A model generated the notes under the pieces. It was given only the letters and a program-made list of their open reading frames with translations, was not told where the DNA came from and searched no databases. The translations under genes and the position numbers were made by a program. Shown here in pieces: positions 15,198-25,692 of a DNA stretch of 34,705 bases. The stretch is from a virus (Duplodnaviria > Caudoviricetes), in IMG/VR virus record IMGVR_UViG_3300020045_021233, positions 1 through 34,705 of that record; one strand, given 5' to 3'. Position 1 is the first letter of the stretch. Each line of letters opens with the position of its first letter.

Positions 15198-17759
15198 ATG
15201 GCTTCATTGGCTTCAATAAATGTACGATTTTCTGTTGATTTAAAGGATTTTAGCAGTCAAATGCAAAATTCATTACGTCAGATAGATTCTGCTGGACAAA
15301 AGTTACAGTCTATTGGTCGTGGATTATCTGCTGCAGTTACTTTGCCAATCGTTGGGTTAGGTATTGCATCATTAAAAACTTTTGGTGATATACAGGCTTT
15401 ACAAAAAGGTCTTATTTCTGTAATGGGTTCTTCTGAAGCGGCGGCCGTAGAATTCGAAAAACTTAAAGAAGTTGCAAAGCTTCCAGGATTAGGATTAGAA
15501 GAAGCCGTTCGTGGTTCTGTAAATTTACAAGCTGCAGGCTTTTCTGCTGATGAAGCGCGCCGTGCTTTGCTATCTTTCGGAAATGCATTAGCAACCGTTG
15601 GTAAAGGTAAACGTGAACTAGATCTTGTTACGCTTGCAATTACTCAATTAAATAATAAGTCTGGAGGTTTTGGTCAAGATTTACGACAGTTAACAGAGCA
15701 GTTGCCACAACTTCGTGGTGCTTTGCAAAATGCATTTGGTACAGTTGATACTGAAACTATTTCTAAAAGTGGTGTTACTGGTAAACAAGTTGTAAATGCA
15801 TTGATCACCGAATTCGAAAAACTTCCTAAAGTTACCGGTGGTTTAAATAATGCTTTCGAAAACTTTGCCGATTCTTCCAAATTGGCTTTATCATCTTTTG
15901 GTGATTCTATAAACAAAGCATTCAATGTTGAAGGTTTGCTTAATTCTTTAGGTGAAACACTTTCTAAGTTAGCAGAAAAATTTTCTAATTTATCACCAGA
16001 AGCACAAAAAACCATTGTTGTTTTCGCTGGTGTTGCTGCTGCAATTGGACCAGTATTAATTGCTATTGGTGCAGTTACTTCATTTGTTCCAAGTGTAGTA
16101 ACTGGTTTGTTAGCGATTAGAACTGCTGTTGCGTCTTTAACTGCAACTATTGCGGCTAATCCTATTGGTGCATTGGCTGTTGCTTTGTCTTTGGTTGTTG
16201 GTTCTTACTTATTGTTTAATCAAGAAACTGAAAAAGCAATAACTAAAGTTGATACTTTAAATCAATTAAATGAACAAGCGGCTTCGATTATAAGCGCGCA
16301 AAAAAGTCAGTTAGAACAATTTTTATCGGTTGCTCGAGATGAAAATAAAAGTAAAGCCGAAAGAGAAAAAGCAATTCGTTCTTTAAATAAAATTGCTCCA
16401 GAATATTTAGGGAATCTAAAATTAGAAACGATCAATACTGATGAAGCAAAAGAAAGTATTGAGCGTTACAATATTGCATTATTAGAAGCTGGAAAAGCTA
16501 AAGCGGCACAATCTGCTTTACAAGCTAATTACGCTAAGCAATTGCAAGCCGAATTAAAGTATGAAAATGCAACCGCAGGAACTGCTGAAAAAATAGTTGC
16601 AGCACAAGAAAAATTAAATGCATCGCGTGGAAACGATAACTATTTTCAAGTTTTACGTGAAGTAAATAAATTGATTCAAGAGCAACAAGGTTTACTTAAT
16701 GCTACAATTGATCCATTAAAAAAAGAAGAAGCAATAATTTTATCAGTATTTAATAAATACAAAGATAAATTAGGTTTAATCAAAGATGTGACTACTGCAA
16801 CAATGGATTTGTCAAAATCTAACGAAAAAGTATTTGCACCTGGAACCGTAGCTTTCTATGAAGCACAAATAAAACTTTTGCAAACATTGCAAAACGAAAC
16901 TGCAAAATCTTCTGAATCTTGGGATGCTTACGGAAAATCGATTGATGCTGTACAAAAGAAAATTGATTTAATTACTGGTAAGATTGGTGTTAAACTACCA
17001 AAGCCACAAATTGATACAACAGATCCAATTGCACCGCCAGCTTTTTCATTACAAGATTTAGGAGACCAAAAAACTTATTTTGAAAATATAAGACTACAAT
17101 ATTCTAAAACTTCTGATGAATATAAAAAATTAACTGAACAAATTAATAATACCGAAATTAAAATTAATGCTATTGAAGGTGTTGAAGAATTTAAAACAAC
17201 GGTTGATGATATTAAAACTAAAGTTGGTGAATTTAGTTCAGAAGTTTCTTCTTCAATAACTACCGGTATTTCTCAATTTGCTGAAGGATTTACACAAGCT
17301 ATCATTCAAGGTGGTAACTTTTTTAATTCTGCAGGTAACTTATTGTTGCAAACTATTGGTAATATAATGGTTGAACTTGGTAAAGCAGCAATTAATATTG
17401 GTGTTACCATGTTAGCTATTAAAGCAGCTTTTAAAACTCCTTTAGCAGCAATAGCGGCTGGAGCAGCTTTAATTTTAGCAGGTACACTTGTAAAGTCACA
17501 AGTGAATGATGCTGGTGGTTTTGCTAATGGTGGAATGGTTGGTGGAACATCATTTACTGGTGATAAACTTTTCGCGCGTGTAAACAGCGGCGAAATGATT
17601 TTAAACCAAAAACAACAATCCAATTTATCTAGGATGATTAATCCAGCAGTTACTGCAGGTGATGTTGCTATTCAATTAATTGGTGGTTTAAAAATTACTG
17701 GTTCTGATTTGGAATTGGTTTTAATGAGAAACGATATAAGAAACAATCGTATAAAATAA
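15198..17759 (+). CDS. Tape measure protein
   Basis: MASLASINVRF, Ala/Gly-rich helical, hydrophobic segments, C-terminal FANGG.VGG...GD...ARVNSGEMILN. Confidence 0.92.
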   Translation: MASLASINVRFSVDLKDFSSQMQNSLRQIDSAGQKLQSIGRGLSAAVTLPIVGLGIASLKTFGDIQALQKGLISVMGSSEAAAVEFEKLKEVAKLPGLGLEEAVRGSVNLQAAGFSADEARRALLSFGNALATVGKGKRELDLVTLAITQLNNKSGGFGQDLRQLTEQLPQLRGALQNAFGTVDTETISKSGVTGKQVVNALITEFEKLPKVTGGLNNAFENFADSSKLALSSFGDSINKAFNVEGLLNSLGETLSKLAEKFSNLSPEAQKTIVVFAGVAAAIGPVLIAIGAVTSFVPSVVTGLLAIRTAVASLTATIAANPIGALAVALSLVVGSYLLFNQETEKAITKVDTLNQLNEQAASIISAQKSQLEQFLSVARDENKSKAEREKAIRSLNKIAPEYLGNLKLETINTDEAKESIERYNIALLEAGKAKAAQSALQANYAKQLQAELKYENATAGTAEKIVAAQEKLNASRGNDNYFQVLREVNKLIQEQQGLLNATIDPLKKEEAIILSVFNKYKDKLGLIKDVTTATMDLSKSNEKVFAPGTVAFYEAQIKLLQTLQNETAKSSESWDAYGKSIDAVQKKIDLITGKIGVKLPKPQIDTTDPIAPPAFSLQDLGDQKTYFENIRLQYSKTSDEYKKLTEQINNTEIKINAIEGVEEFKTTVDDIKTKVGEFSSEVSSSITTGISQFAEGFTQAIIQGGNFFNSAGNLLLQTIGNIMVELGKAAINIGVTMLAIKAAFKTPLAAIAAGAALILAGTLVKSQVNDAGGFANGGMVGGTSFTGDKLFARVNSGEMILNQKQQSNLSRMINPAVTAGDVAIQLIGGLKITGSDLELVLMRNDIRNNRIK

Positions 17760-20422
17760 TGGCAAATAATATTACCATAGAATTATTGGGGCAACCAGCC
17801 GAATTTGAAACTTTATGGTTTGAAGTTTCAAATTCGGCTATTGGCTTTGAATATGCATGGAAAAAAGTATTTGTTCCTAATACTGCTATTCTAGTAGGTC
17901 ATGTGCAACTTGGTGCAACTATTGCCGATACTTTGCAAAATTTAAAAGATAATTATGTTGCTCATCATTCTATTGCAAATGTTACTTATGAAATAATTGG
18001 TACAAAATTACATTTAATATTTTCACCTGTTGGAACTTATGAAGTAACGGTTATTAGTACGCCAAATGAAGATATTGTTTTTAATAGTGAATTGCTTCCA
18101 GATACGCCACCAATTACTATTCCGGAATTGGTTTTAAATGATTTGAGTATTGAAATTATTGATACTTACGAAAACGAATTGCCATTGTTTATTGAGTTTA
18201 CGCAAAATAGTTCGCCTAAATTATCTTTTGATTCTGGTGATGATTTACTAAAGTCTTTTATGACTAGTAAATTAACTTTTAATATTCTAGTTACCGATGG
18301 TGTAGACGCACATTTTAAGCATTTATACACTGGTGATGAAAAACGTTATTTGGTTAAATTAACGGCTATTGATGAAGAAGAAAATACACAATTGCTTTGG
18401 CAAGGTTATTTATTACCAGATCAGTATAATGAGCCTTATGTTGGCGGTGCTTATTTTGTAGAATTTACCGCCATCGATATGTTGGCCAATTTAAAAAACA
18501 GATTTTTAAAACCTTGGTATTATCATCAAAAAATTACTCTAGTTGAGTTTATTGCAATTTGCTTAAAAGAAACTGGTATCAATCAAAACTTTTTAGTTGC
18601 TCCAGCATTGGTTCCAAATAATCCATTGTACAGTTTTCAAGATTTAAACATTGAATTAAAGCAATATATCTCGAATGATAAATACACCGATTTATATACT
18701 ATTCTTACGGATGTTTTAGAAAGTAATTTATTGACAATTTACAATTTTAAAGGCTATTGGAATATTGTTGGTTTCAATAATAAAAGAAAAACTTCTATCA
18801 CATTTGAGCAATACAATTTAGATGGTGAACAATTGCAAAACGTTATTTTGAATAAACGATTTATACCCTTAATCAATTCTAATGGTTCTGTAAATATGTC
18901 GGTTAAATCTCCGTTTAAAACAGTAAAAATAGATTTCAATTCTAAAGGTCGTAAAAATATATTTTCTGAAAATGTAGTTGTTATTCCTAATAAAGAACAA
19001 TACGGTACATACTTTTTTCAAAATGGTGCCTATTTGCAAACAATTACATCTTTACCAATTGATTTACCTTCTGTTCATTATCTTAATAATGATTTTAAAG
19101 ATTGGATTGTTAATTTGAGTTTAACACAACCTTATTACAGAAGATTTAAAGAGCGTTTTTTTAGTGTTAATTATTATAATTTAGGTACATATGTAGCTAC
19201 TGAATCTATTGCTTTAAATAACTATTTTGAATGTCCCGAAAAGCCATCAGTAAAAGCTGGATTAGATTATAAGTTTGAATTTGATATCGAACATAGTGTA
19301 ACAAGTTCTTTATCTCAAAGTGCATTGACTGAAAGATTGAAAAATGGTTATTATGATAAAACTGCACTATTTCAAATATTTTTAAATGATGTAGAAATTC
19401 TTTCAAATAGACCTGCTTTTGCTTCAGATAGTAATTTAGTTTATAAAATGACTATTGAGCCAACTGCTGGAACTGGATATGATGTAAAGTTTTCAATTTC
19501 TTTAGATTATAAATTTGAAGAGTCTGGTGAAATAAAATTCAGATTATTAGTTCCTATTTTGGGTGATAGTTCAGATAATTCAACTGCTAAATTTTTAATT
19601 AGTAATACATTAATTTCAAAGCTGCAAATTTCTGTTGAAGAAGATTATGATGTTTTGCAAAATGTTGTTGCTGTAAGGGATATTAATTTTACAACTTTAT
19701 TAGATTACAGTTGCAAATTTACTTCTACAATTGATAATTCTTTAGAAAACAATATTGGGCTTGGACGTCCTATTTCTGATGTTTATTTTCATCTTGTTTC
19801 TCGAACTACTAATCCTGGTACTTTTCAAGATTTGCACTTTTTTCCGCCTGCGTCAATTCTTATTTTGACTTTAAAAATGTGGGATGTAAATGATGTTGTT
19901 TACACTGATTTATTTTCGAACGGATTCAATAAAACTTTATTCCTTACTTCTGGAACTGATGAAAAAGAGTTTATAAGTATTTATGGTTATAAAGATATTA
20001 CCGGTTATTCCAGAATGGGATATTTATTCGATTATGAAGGCCGTCCAAACATACCAAAAAAGTATACTAAAAATCTAGATGTTGAAACTACAGATGTTCT
20101 TCAATACATGAAAATTATGTATGCCGATGAAGATTTAAGTGATCGTGAAAAATGGAGTATAGTTGGCGAAATGGAATCGTTTGATAATTTCAATAAAACA
20201 ATGGCTAAAATATTGCATAACCTTTATTCTGGACCAACTTATGTGCAAGAAACTACGGCTTTAAATTTGGTTTTTCCAGATGATTTAATCAAGTTTTATT
20301 TTGATGAAGTAGATAGAAAATTTATTCCAACGCGATTAGAATTAGATTTATTTGAAGGAAAAACAAGAATCACGCAAACAGAAGATGTGTATCAAAATGT
20401 AACTGACATAACCTATGAGTAA
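17759..20422 (+). CDS. Large tail tip / baseplate hub protein
   Basis: Follows TMP; LLWQGYLLPDQYNEPY...VEFTAID.L..LK motif. Confidence 0.65.
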   Translation: MANNITIELLGQPAEFETLWFEVSNSAIGFEYAWKKVFVPNTAILVGHVQLGATIADTLQNLKDNYVAHHSIANVTYEIIGTKLHLIFSPVGTYEVTVISTPNEDIVFNSELLPDTPPITIPELVLNDLSIEIIDTYENELPLFIEFTQNSSPKLSFDSGDDLLKSFMTSKLTFNILVTDGVDAHFKHLYTGDEKRYLVKLTAIDEEENTQLLWQGYLLPDQYNEPYVGGAYFVEFTAIDMLANLKNRFLKPWYYHQKITLVEFIAICLKETGINQNFLVAPALVPNNPLYSFQDLNIELKQYISNDKYTDLYTILTDVLESNLLTIYNFKGYWNIVGFNNKRKTSITFEQYNLDGEQLQNVILNKRFIPLINSNGSVNMSVKSPFKTVKIDFNSKGRKNIFSENVVVIPNKEQYGTYFFQNGAYLQTITSLPIDLPSVHYLNNDFKDWIVNLSLTQPYYRRFKERFFSVNYYNLGTYVATESIALNNYFECPEKPSVKAGLDYKFEFDIEHSVTSSLSQSALTERLKNGYYDKTALFQIFLNDVEILSNRPAFASDSNLVYKMTIEPTAGTGYDVKFSISLDYKFEESGEIKFRLLVPILGDSSDNSTAKFLISNTLISKLQISVEEDYDVLQNVVAVRDINFTTLLDYSCKFTSTIDNSLENNIGLGRPISDVYFHLVSRTTNPGTFQDLHFFPPASILILTLKMWDVNDVVYTDLFSNGFNKTLFLTSGTDEKEFISIYGYKDITGYSRMGYLFDYEGRPNIPKKYTKNLDVETTDVLQYMKIMYADEDLSDREKWSIVGEMESFDNFNKTMAKILHNLYSGPTYVQETTALNLVFPDDLIKFYFDEVDRKFIPTRLELDLFEGKTRITQTEDVYQNVTDITYE

Positions 20423-20984
20423 GATAGCTACAATAGAATTTTTAAAAACCATTGATAGGCCAACTATTACTGCTGCAATAGCATTGCCAGAAACGATATC
20501 AATTGGTTATTTAGATAATAACCAATATGAAAGTGAAGTGGTTATAAATGATTTAAGTTCTGATAATCTAGAAGCTTTTAAAAAAGTCATTGATTTTATG
20601 TCATTTTCAGTTTTAGAAGATGCTATCATTTGGAATATGGAATTAGTAGATAAAACTTTTTATCTAGCAAAATCCTACGTTCGTGATGCTGAAAGCACAG
20701 GAACCGTAACCGATGTTACTGTTGGAACACCATTAATAGTACAGTTTGAAACACCGAGTTTCACCGTTTTTAATATTACAGAATTATCACTTTGGTACGA
20801 TCAAGCATTTGATCCAGCAGAATTAACAGCTTTAGAGAATGTTGGAATAACTGTTACTGGCGATGGAAAACAATTTACTATTGATAATACAATAGAATGC
20901 AAAGTTTATTTTAAAAAACCAGATGCTGTTACGGATGTTTATGTAATAAACAATCAAGCTTTAAATCAAGTAATACCAATATAA
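20415..20984 (+). CDS. Putative tail protein
   Basis: Overlap-coupled in tail operon; beta-rich, acidic. Confidence 0.55.
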   Translation: MSKIATIEFLKTIDRPTITAAIALPETISIGYLDNNQYESEVVINDLSSDNLEAFKKVIDFMSFSVLEDAIIWNMELVDKTFYLAKSYVRDAESTGTVTDVTVGTPLIVQFETPSFTVFNITELSLWYDQAFDPAELTALENVGITVTGDGKQFTIDNTIECKVYFKKPDAVTDVYVINNQALNQVIPI

Positions 20985-21130
20985 TGGCAGAAAATAACAC
21001 AATCCACAAGATAAGATTTACACCTAGAAAGTTCTTTGTTCCAAATGGTTTTTTTGGTAAATACTTAGTAACTCTTACTGGAAATAAATTAACAACCTTA
21101 ACTGGTAAAAATATTAAAACAAATGGCTAA
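20984..21130 (+). CDS. Small tail-associated protein (48 aa, MAENNTIHKIRFTPRKF...YLVTLTGNKLTTLTGKNIKTNG), not in ORF track
   Basis: TAATG coupling to previous gene; overlaps next start; repeated LxTLTG motif. Confidence 0.55.
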   Translation: MAENNTIHKIRFTPRKFFVPNGFFGKYLVTLTGNKLTTLTGKNIKTNG

Positions 21131-23429
21131 TGAAACTGTTTTAGATCAAACTCCTTTAGATAGTATTCCTGGTGATGCAGTAATGTATATTATTGTTGAT
21201 GGTCAAGATTATCGAACCACTAAAGATGAATTTCTTGGTGCGTATAAAGATATTTTTCTTGGTTCTGTAATTCCTACAGATACACCAACAGGAACAACGG
21301 CTGCAATGTGGATTGCAACCGAAGCTGGAACTTATACAAACTTTGGTGGCGTTGTAGTTGATGCAAATAGTATCGCTGTAATTTCGCGTGATGATGTAGG
21401 TGATTTTTCTATTTCTCAAACTGAAATTGAACTTGGTGATTATGCTAAGAAAGAAAGATTAGAATTTTTAGCAGATTTAGAATATGATGAAAATTTAGTT
21501 AATCCAAATGATGAAAATTATTTAATTGACAAAAGACTTGATTATGATGGTTCTGTAGTTAATTCTGGAGCAAATTGGAAAGCAACTGGATATATCAAAG
21601 TTATAGTTGGTGAAAATTACACTCCAAATTATAAGCAAATAGTATTGTTTTATGATGATAATAGACAACTAATCGATGCGATAGATTCATCACGTCCAAA
21701 TCTTTATTTTGAAATTCCATCTGGTGTATCTTATATAAGATTTAGCGGCTTTAGTGACTTGTTGCAAATGGTAAAAGGTTCATTCGCGACTTTTCCAGAT
21801 GATGTTCCCGATTTCAAGTGGATAATTGATAAAAAAGGAAATGAAATCATTGAAGCCAATAACGTAACAAGAAAAGTAAAAGATGAAATTAAAGTCGAAT
21901 ACTTAGAAGTTATCAACGTTCTACAAACCGCTTTAACAGATACTCAAAATGAGGTTGAATTAATAACCAACGAAAAGTTTCCATTATTTATTAATATGGC
22001 TTTGCACGCAAAAACTCATGGTTACGCTCAAAGCCAAAAGGTAATAACTGATGTAACTAGAATTGATGATTATACTTTAGAAGTTCCGTTTGCAGAAATA
22101 GCTGGATTCGATGATGCGGATCTATTTTTTCCTTTAGTTATAAAAACACCAACCAACTATATCGTAGTTACTGGTGTTGTTACTGACAAACCAAACGGTA
22201 TAATTTCAACGCGTCAAATTTTACCCGCTGTTGTTGATGAAATATCTACATTTTTTGTTGATGGACAACATCTTTCAAGATATGGTTATCGCTCTTTAGC
22301 TGAATATATTGTTGAACAAATTGAGAGATTTTGTTACCGAAAAAAGGTTGACTATTCATTCATTTCTCAAAATTGCAAACCTTATGAATTAAAAGGGATT
22401 GATATTGTTACTGATGAAGTAATTGCTGATTTTATTAAGTTACCAGGCACACCTTCTGGTGGATTTATGATTCCAGAAGAAGGAATTCCATTTCAATGTG
22501 AGATGTCTGCTAATGCCTCTAATGATCAATCGGGAACTATTTTTAAAAATGCTTTTAATCTTTTTCAAAATACTGAAGATTTAGGAATGAAATTATTGGT
22601 AAACAATAGTAACAATGGTTTCTTTAGGTTGATTCTTGGTGAGTATTTGCCATTTAATGTAGGTGCGTTAAAGATTACAGCATTCGATCAAAATAATGAG
22701 GAATTCTTTTCTGAAAATGTTACTGGAACTACGCAAGAAATTATTTTAGATGTTCCAATATCTATTCCGCAGTTTACTCTGTTTTTTCAATGCGCTGATT
22801 CGGTAAACACTTTGTGGCGAATTGCTTTAATAGAAGTTTATAAAAGTGGAAAAGTTTCTGAAAGTCCTTTCTTAGAAAAAGATAATATAGTCATTGCTTT
22901 TTTAGGTGATAGTTGGATAGAGTTTCCAAATTTGATAAGTGGTGAAACACCAATTGATAGAGCTGATGGTTCTGAAGCTGGTGGTTTACAATTTTTATCT
23001 GCGCACATGAAAGATTACCTTAATGGTAAAGGTTACAACGTTACAACATACAATAATTCGCATGGTGGAATGACTTCGGCTTGGGCAAAATATTGGCTCA
23101 AAGAACTTGTTTTAGATTTACCTGTGAAGCCAGATTTCTGTTTAATAAATTTTGCGATTAATGACGCTAATTCAATTTCATTCGCAGAGAGTGGCGCTGA
23201 TTCAGTTTATGATTTTTCACCAACTGATCCGCATGTAAAAATAGTTCAAAGTTTGGGTGGTGTTAAAGGTTCAGTAACTCAAAGCGAATGGTTTGATAAT
23301 ATGAACTTCATTGTAAAAACTTTGATTGCCAATAATATTAAACCGGTATGGCTTCACAATCCAATGCTTGACGGAATGTCATTTGGTTTAATTGAACAAA
23401 ATGTATATCTACTTAATAATATGAAATAA
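21123..23429 (+). CDS. Putative receptor-binding / tail spike protein with SGNH (GDSL) esterase motifs
   Basis: Last tail gene; N-terminal FLG...PT.TP...IATEAGTYTNFGG motif; IAFLGDSW, HGGMTS, INFAIND blocks; DGQH block upstream. Confidence 0.7.
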   Translation: MANETVLDQTPLDSIPGDAVMYIIVDGQDYRTTKDEFLGAYKDIFLGSVIPTDTPTGTTAAMWIATEAGTYTNFGGVVVDANSIAVISRDDVGDFSISQTEIELGDYAKKERLEFLADLEYDENLVNPNDENYLIDKRLDYDGSVVNSGANWKATGYIKVIVGENYTPNYKQIVLFYDDNRQLIDAIDSSRPNLYFEIPSGVSYIRFSGFSDLLQMVKGSFATFPDDVPDFKWIIDKKGNEIIEANNVTRKVKDEIKVEYLEVINVLQTALTDTQNEVELITNEKFPLFINMALHAKTHGYAQSQKVITDVTRIDDYTLEVPFAEIAGFDDADLFFPLVIKTPTNYIVVTGVVTDKPNGIISTRQILPAVVDEISTFFVDGQHLSRYGYRSLAEYIVEQIERFCYRKKVDYSFISQNCKPYELKGIDIVTDEVIADFIKLPGTPSGGFMIPEEGIPFQCEMSANASNDQSGTIFKNAFNLFQNTEDLGMKLLVNNSNNGFFRLILGEYLPFNVGALKITAFDQNNEEFFSENVTGTTQEIILDVPISIPQFTLFFQCADSVNTLWRIALIEVYKSGKVSESPFLEKDNIVIAFLGDSWIEFPNLISGETPIDRADGSEAGGLQFLSAHMKDYLNGKGYNVTTYNNSHGGMTSAWAKYWLKELVLDLPVKPDFCLINFAINDANSISFAESGADSVYDFSPTDPHVKIVQSLGGVKGSVTQSEWFDNMNFIVKTLIANNIKPVWLHNPMLDGMSFGLIEQNVYLLNNMK

Positions 23430-23430
23430 A

Positions 23431-23982
23431 ATGAAACAATTTATTCAAGACACAATGCAAATAGCATTACCGAAGTTCACTCTATTTATAGAAATTTTTA
23501 CAAAGCCTTTAATTGGAATTATAACGGTAACACCTGTTTTAATAACTGCTCCAATCGTTGATTTTTGGGGTGCAGTAAATCTTTTGAAGTGGTTGTTTAT
23601 TGGCGACCTTGTATCTGGTTTATATGGTTCTTATTGTGAATGGAAAAAATCAGAAAAAAAGTCAGAGCGTTGGTTTTTTGGAAAAGGAGAAGGTTTTTCT
23701 TCAGACAAATTCAAGAAAATGTTTGTCAAGATAATTGTCTATTGTTCTACGCCAATTGTAATGTTCAAGCTTCAACAAACATTCTCAATAAAAAACATTA
23801 AGTACGAATCAATAATGGAAGCAGAAATGAATATTCCAACTGCGTTGATATTGTTATTTTGCTTAAATGAAGGTTTTTCTATTTTCCATGAAAACCTACC
23901 TAAATGCGGGTTTAACCTTTGGGAACAAGTAAAAAAAATGATTGGTTTTTATAAAGAAGCTAAAAAAGAAATCGAGGAATAA
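23431..23982 (+). CDS. Holin
   Basis: Several TM segments, D.VSG, FSS.KFKK...KII.Y, E.FSI.EN pattern; precedes endolysin. Confidence 0.75.
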   Translation: MKQFIQDTMQIALPKFTLFIEIFTKPLIGIITVTPVLITAPIVDFWGAVNLLKWLFIGDLVSGLYGSYCEWKKSEKKSERWFFGKGEGFSSDKFKKMFVKIIVYCSTPIVMFKLQQTFSIKNIKYESIMEAEMNIPTALILLFCLNEGFSIFHENLPKCGFNLWEQVKKMIGFYKEAKKEIEE

Positions 23983-24500
23983 TGAGTTACAATTTTTTAA
24001 AAAAAGAAAAAGCACCTAGAATAATTGTTGAATCCTACAAGTTAATTGGCACGGCCGAATTGATTGGTAAAGATTCTAATCCGGTTATCTTGGAATGGGC
24101 TGAAGAAGTAGGTTTAAAAAAAGAATACACAAGTGATGAAATTCCTTGGTGTGGTTTATTCATGTCTTACGTATGTAAACAGGCTGGAATTGATGGTGTA
24201 GCAAAACCACTTTGGGCGCGCAATTGGAATAATTTTGGAACTCCAGAACGAATTGCAATGCTTGGTGATGTATTGGTGTTTTCTCGTGGTTCTGGCGGCC
24301 ACGTTGGAATCTACATTGGTGAAGATAAAACGTGTTATCATGTTCTTGGTGGAAATCAAGGTGATAAAGTTTCTATAGTTCGAATTCAAAAAGTGCGCTG
24401 TATTGGAATTCGTAGAACTAAATGGAAAATATCACAACCAGAAAACGTTCGAGTGATACAATTATCATCTACTGGAGTGATTAGTGAAAATGAAGCTTAA
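23982..24500 (+). CDS. Endolysin, TIGR02594-like NlpC/P60-CHAP-type peptidase
   Basis: DEIPWCGLF (Cys), ARNW..FG, GDVLVFSR..GGHVG (His), LGGNQGD. Confidence 0.85.
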   Translation: MSYNFLKKEKAPRIIVESYKLIGTAELIGKDSNPVILEWAEEVGLKKEYTSDEIPWCGLFMSYVCKQAGIDGVAKPLWARNWNNFGTPERIAMLGDVLVFSRGSGGHVGIYIGEDKTCYHVLGGNQGDKVSIVRIQKVRCIGIRRTKWKISQPENVRVIQLSSTGVISENEA

Positions 24501-24501
24501 T

Positions 24502-24529
24502 ACCATTTTGTTGACGTCAACAATATGGT
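24502..24529. repeat. 28-bp near-perfect palindrome
   Basis: accattttgttgac|gtcaacaatatggt, one mismatch, no loop. Confidence 0.8.
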
Positions 24530-24552
24530 TATAATTTTAATAAAATTTAAAA

Positions 24553-25194
24553 ATGACAACATCAAATAAATTAGAATGGTATTATAAAGTGATAATCGGC
24601 GCATTGATTATTTTGCTTGGTTCTGTATTGTTTTCAACTTGCGAAAATGAAAAAACAGCAGCAGCCACAATTTTGGCATTACAATCTGAAAATACAACCT
24701 ACAAATTAAAAAATGGTCAATTAGTGACTAGTCAAAAAGTTGCAGTTTTAACCGAAAAGCAATTGAAAGACCAGTTGACAAAAAAAGAAGCTGAACTTGT
24801 AAAAAAGTTTTCAAATGTAAAGACTTTTACAAAGTACATCACCAATACTAAAATTGATACGATTACAATTTCGTATAAAGATACTATTCCGTGTAAATTC
24901 GAACGCGATGGTGTGCTTTTCACGAATGAATATAATCTAGCTTACAAATCCAATCAAAAAGGAATTTTGATTACGGAAATGGCAATTCCAGATAGTGTAT
25001 TAATTGCAACCGGATATAAACGCAAATGGTTTTTGGGTAAAAAAACCTTAACCATGGATATTACTCATTCGAATAAGTTTGTGCAATCGGACCAGGTGCA
25101 GCATTTTGAAGTTCAAGAAAAAAAGAAGTTCTATGAAACCGATATTTTTAAATTTGGAATTGGATTATTAAGTGGGATTTTGATAATAAAGTAG
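24553..25194 (+). CDS. Putative spanin-like lysis protein
   Basis: N-terminal TM/possible lipoprotein Cys, coiled segment, C-terminal hydrophobic tail; follows endolysin. Confidence 0.55.
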   Translation: MTTSNKLEWYYKVIIGALIILLGSVLFSTCENEKTAAATILALQSENTTYKLKNGQLVTSQKVAVLTEKQLKDQLTKKEAELVKKFSNVKTFTKYITNTKIDTITISYKDTIPCKFERDGVLFTNEYNLAYKSNQKGILITEMAIPDSVLIATGYKRKWFLGKKTLTMDITHSNKFVQSDQVQHFEVQEKKKFYETDIFKFGIGLLSGILIIK

Positions 25195-25219
25195 TTTTTT
25201 TGTTTAGTTTTGAAGTTTG

Positions 25220-25247
25220 GCGCATCAGAAATGGTGCGCTTTTTTTT
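25220..25247 (+). terminator. Terminator of late/lysis operon
   Basis: gcgcatca-gaaa-tggtgcgc followed by T8. Confidence 0.8.
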
Positions 25248-25254
25248 ACATTTG
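25247..25254 (+). promoter_or_regulatory. Bacteroidota -7 promoter box TACATTTG
   Basis: Perfect TAnnTTTG ending 18 nt upstream of ATG 25273; no well-spaced -33 box seen. Confidence 0.45.
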
Positions 25255-25272
25255 TTTTTTAAAAGACTAATT

Positions 25273-25602
25273 ATGGTACAATGTATTGATGTTATAAGTG
25301 CAAATAAATATGATTCGGCTCCAGAGTTTTCAACAATTAAAGATGAATTACTAGCATCTTTAAAAATTGAGAATGTTATTTATTTTGGTGAATTACCAGA
25401 TAATGATTCTGACGGACAAGATGAATTGCTTTCAAATTCTACTTACTTCAGAATTATTTTCGAAGATTCGAATGAAACGCAAATTGAAAAAATTATTGAA
25501 TTTTTGTCGATTCATTTTAATTCGAATGATCCAAAAGAAATAGTTTTTAGAACTGATTCTGGCGAAATGAAAAAAGATACTTACATTGAGATTTATGTTT
25601 AG
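25273..25602 (+). CDS. Acidic hypothetical protein (moron), start re-assigned to ATG 25273
   Basis: In frame with track ORF 25210..25602, whose 5' part overlaps the terminator. Confidence 0.6.
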   Translation: MVQCIDVISANKYDSAPEFSTIKDELLASLKIENVIYFGELPDNDSDGQDELLSNSTYFRIIFEDSNETQIEKIIEFLSIHFNSNDPKEIVFRTDSGEMKKDTYIEIYV

Positions 25603-25692
25603 TTTAAAAATAATTACAATTTTATTGTAATATTTAATTTTATTTTAGTAATTAAATTATTGATTATTAGGTACTTAAATATAAAATATCTT

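Noticed and set aside
17759-23429. A remote VR in the tail or receptor-binding genes
   Set aside because: I saw no match to the TR scaffold (gttcttcttc...gtttcgcgt...gctcgc) by eye; an A-masked search of both strands would be needed to exclude it fully
25210-25272. N-terminal extension of ORF 25210..25602
   Set aside because: Overlaps the terminator hairpin and -7 box; ATG 25273 is more plausible
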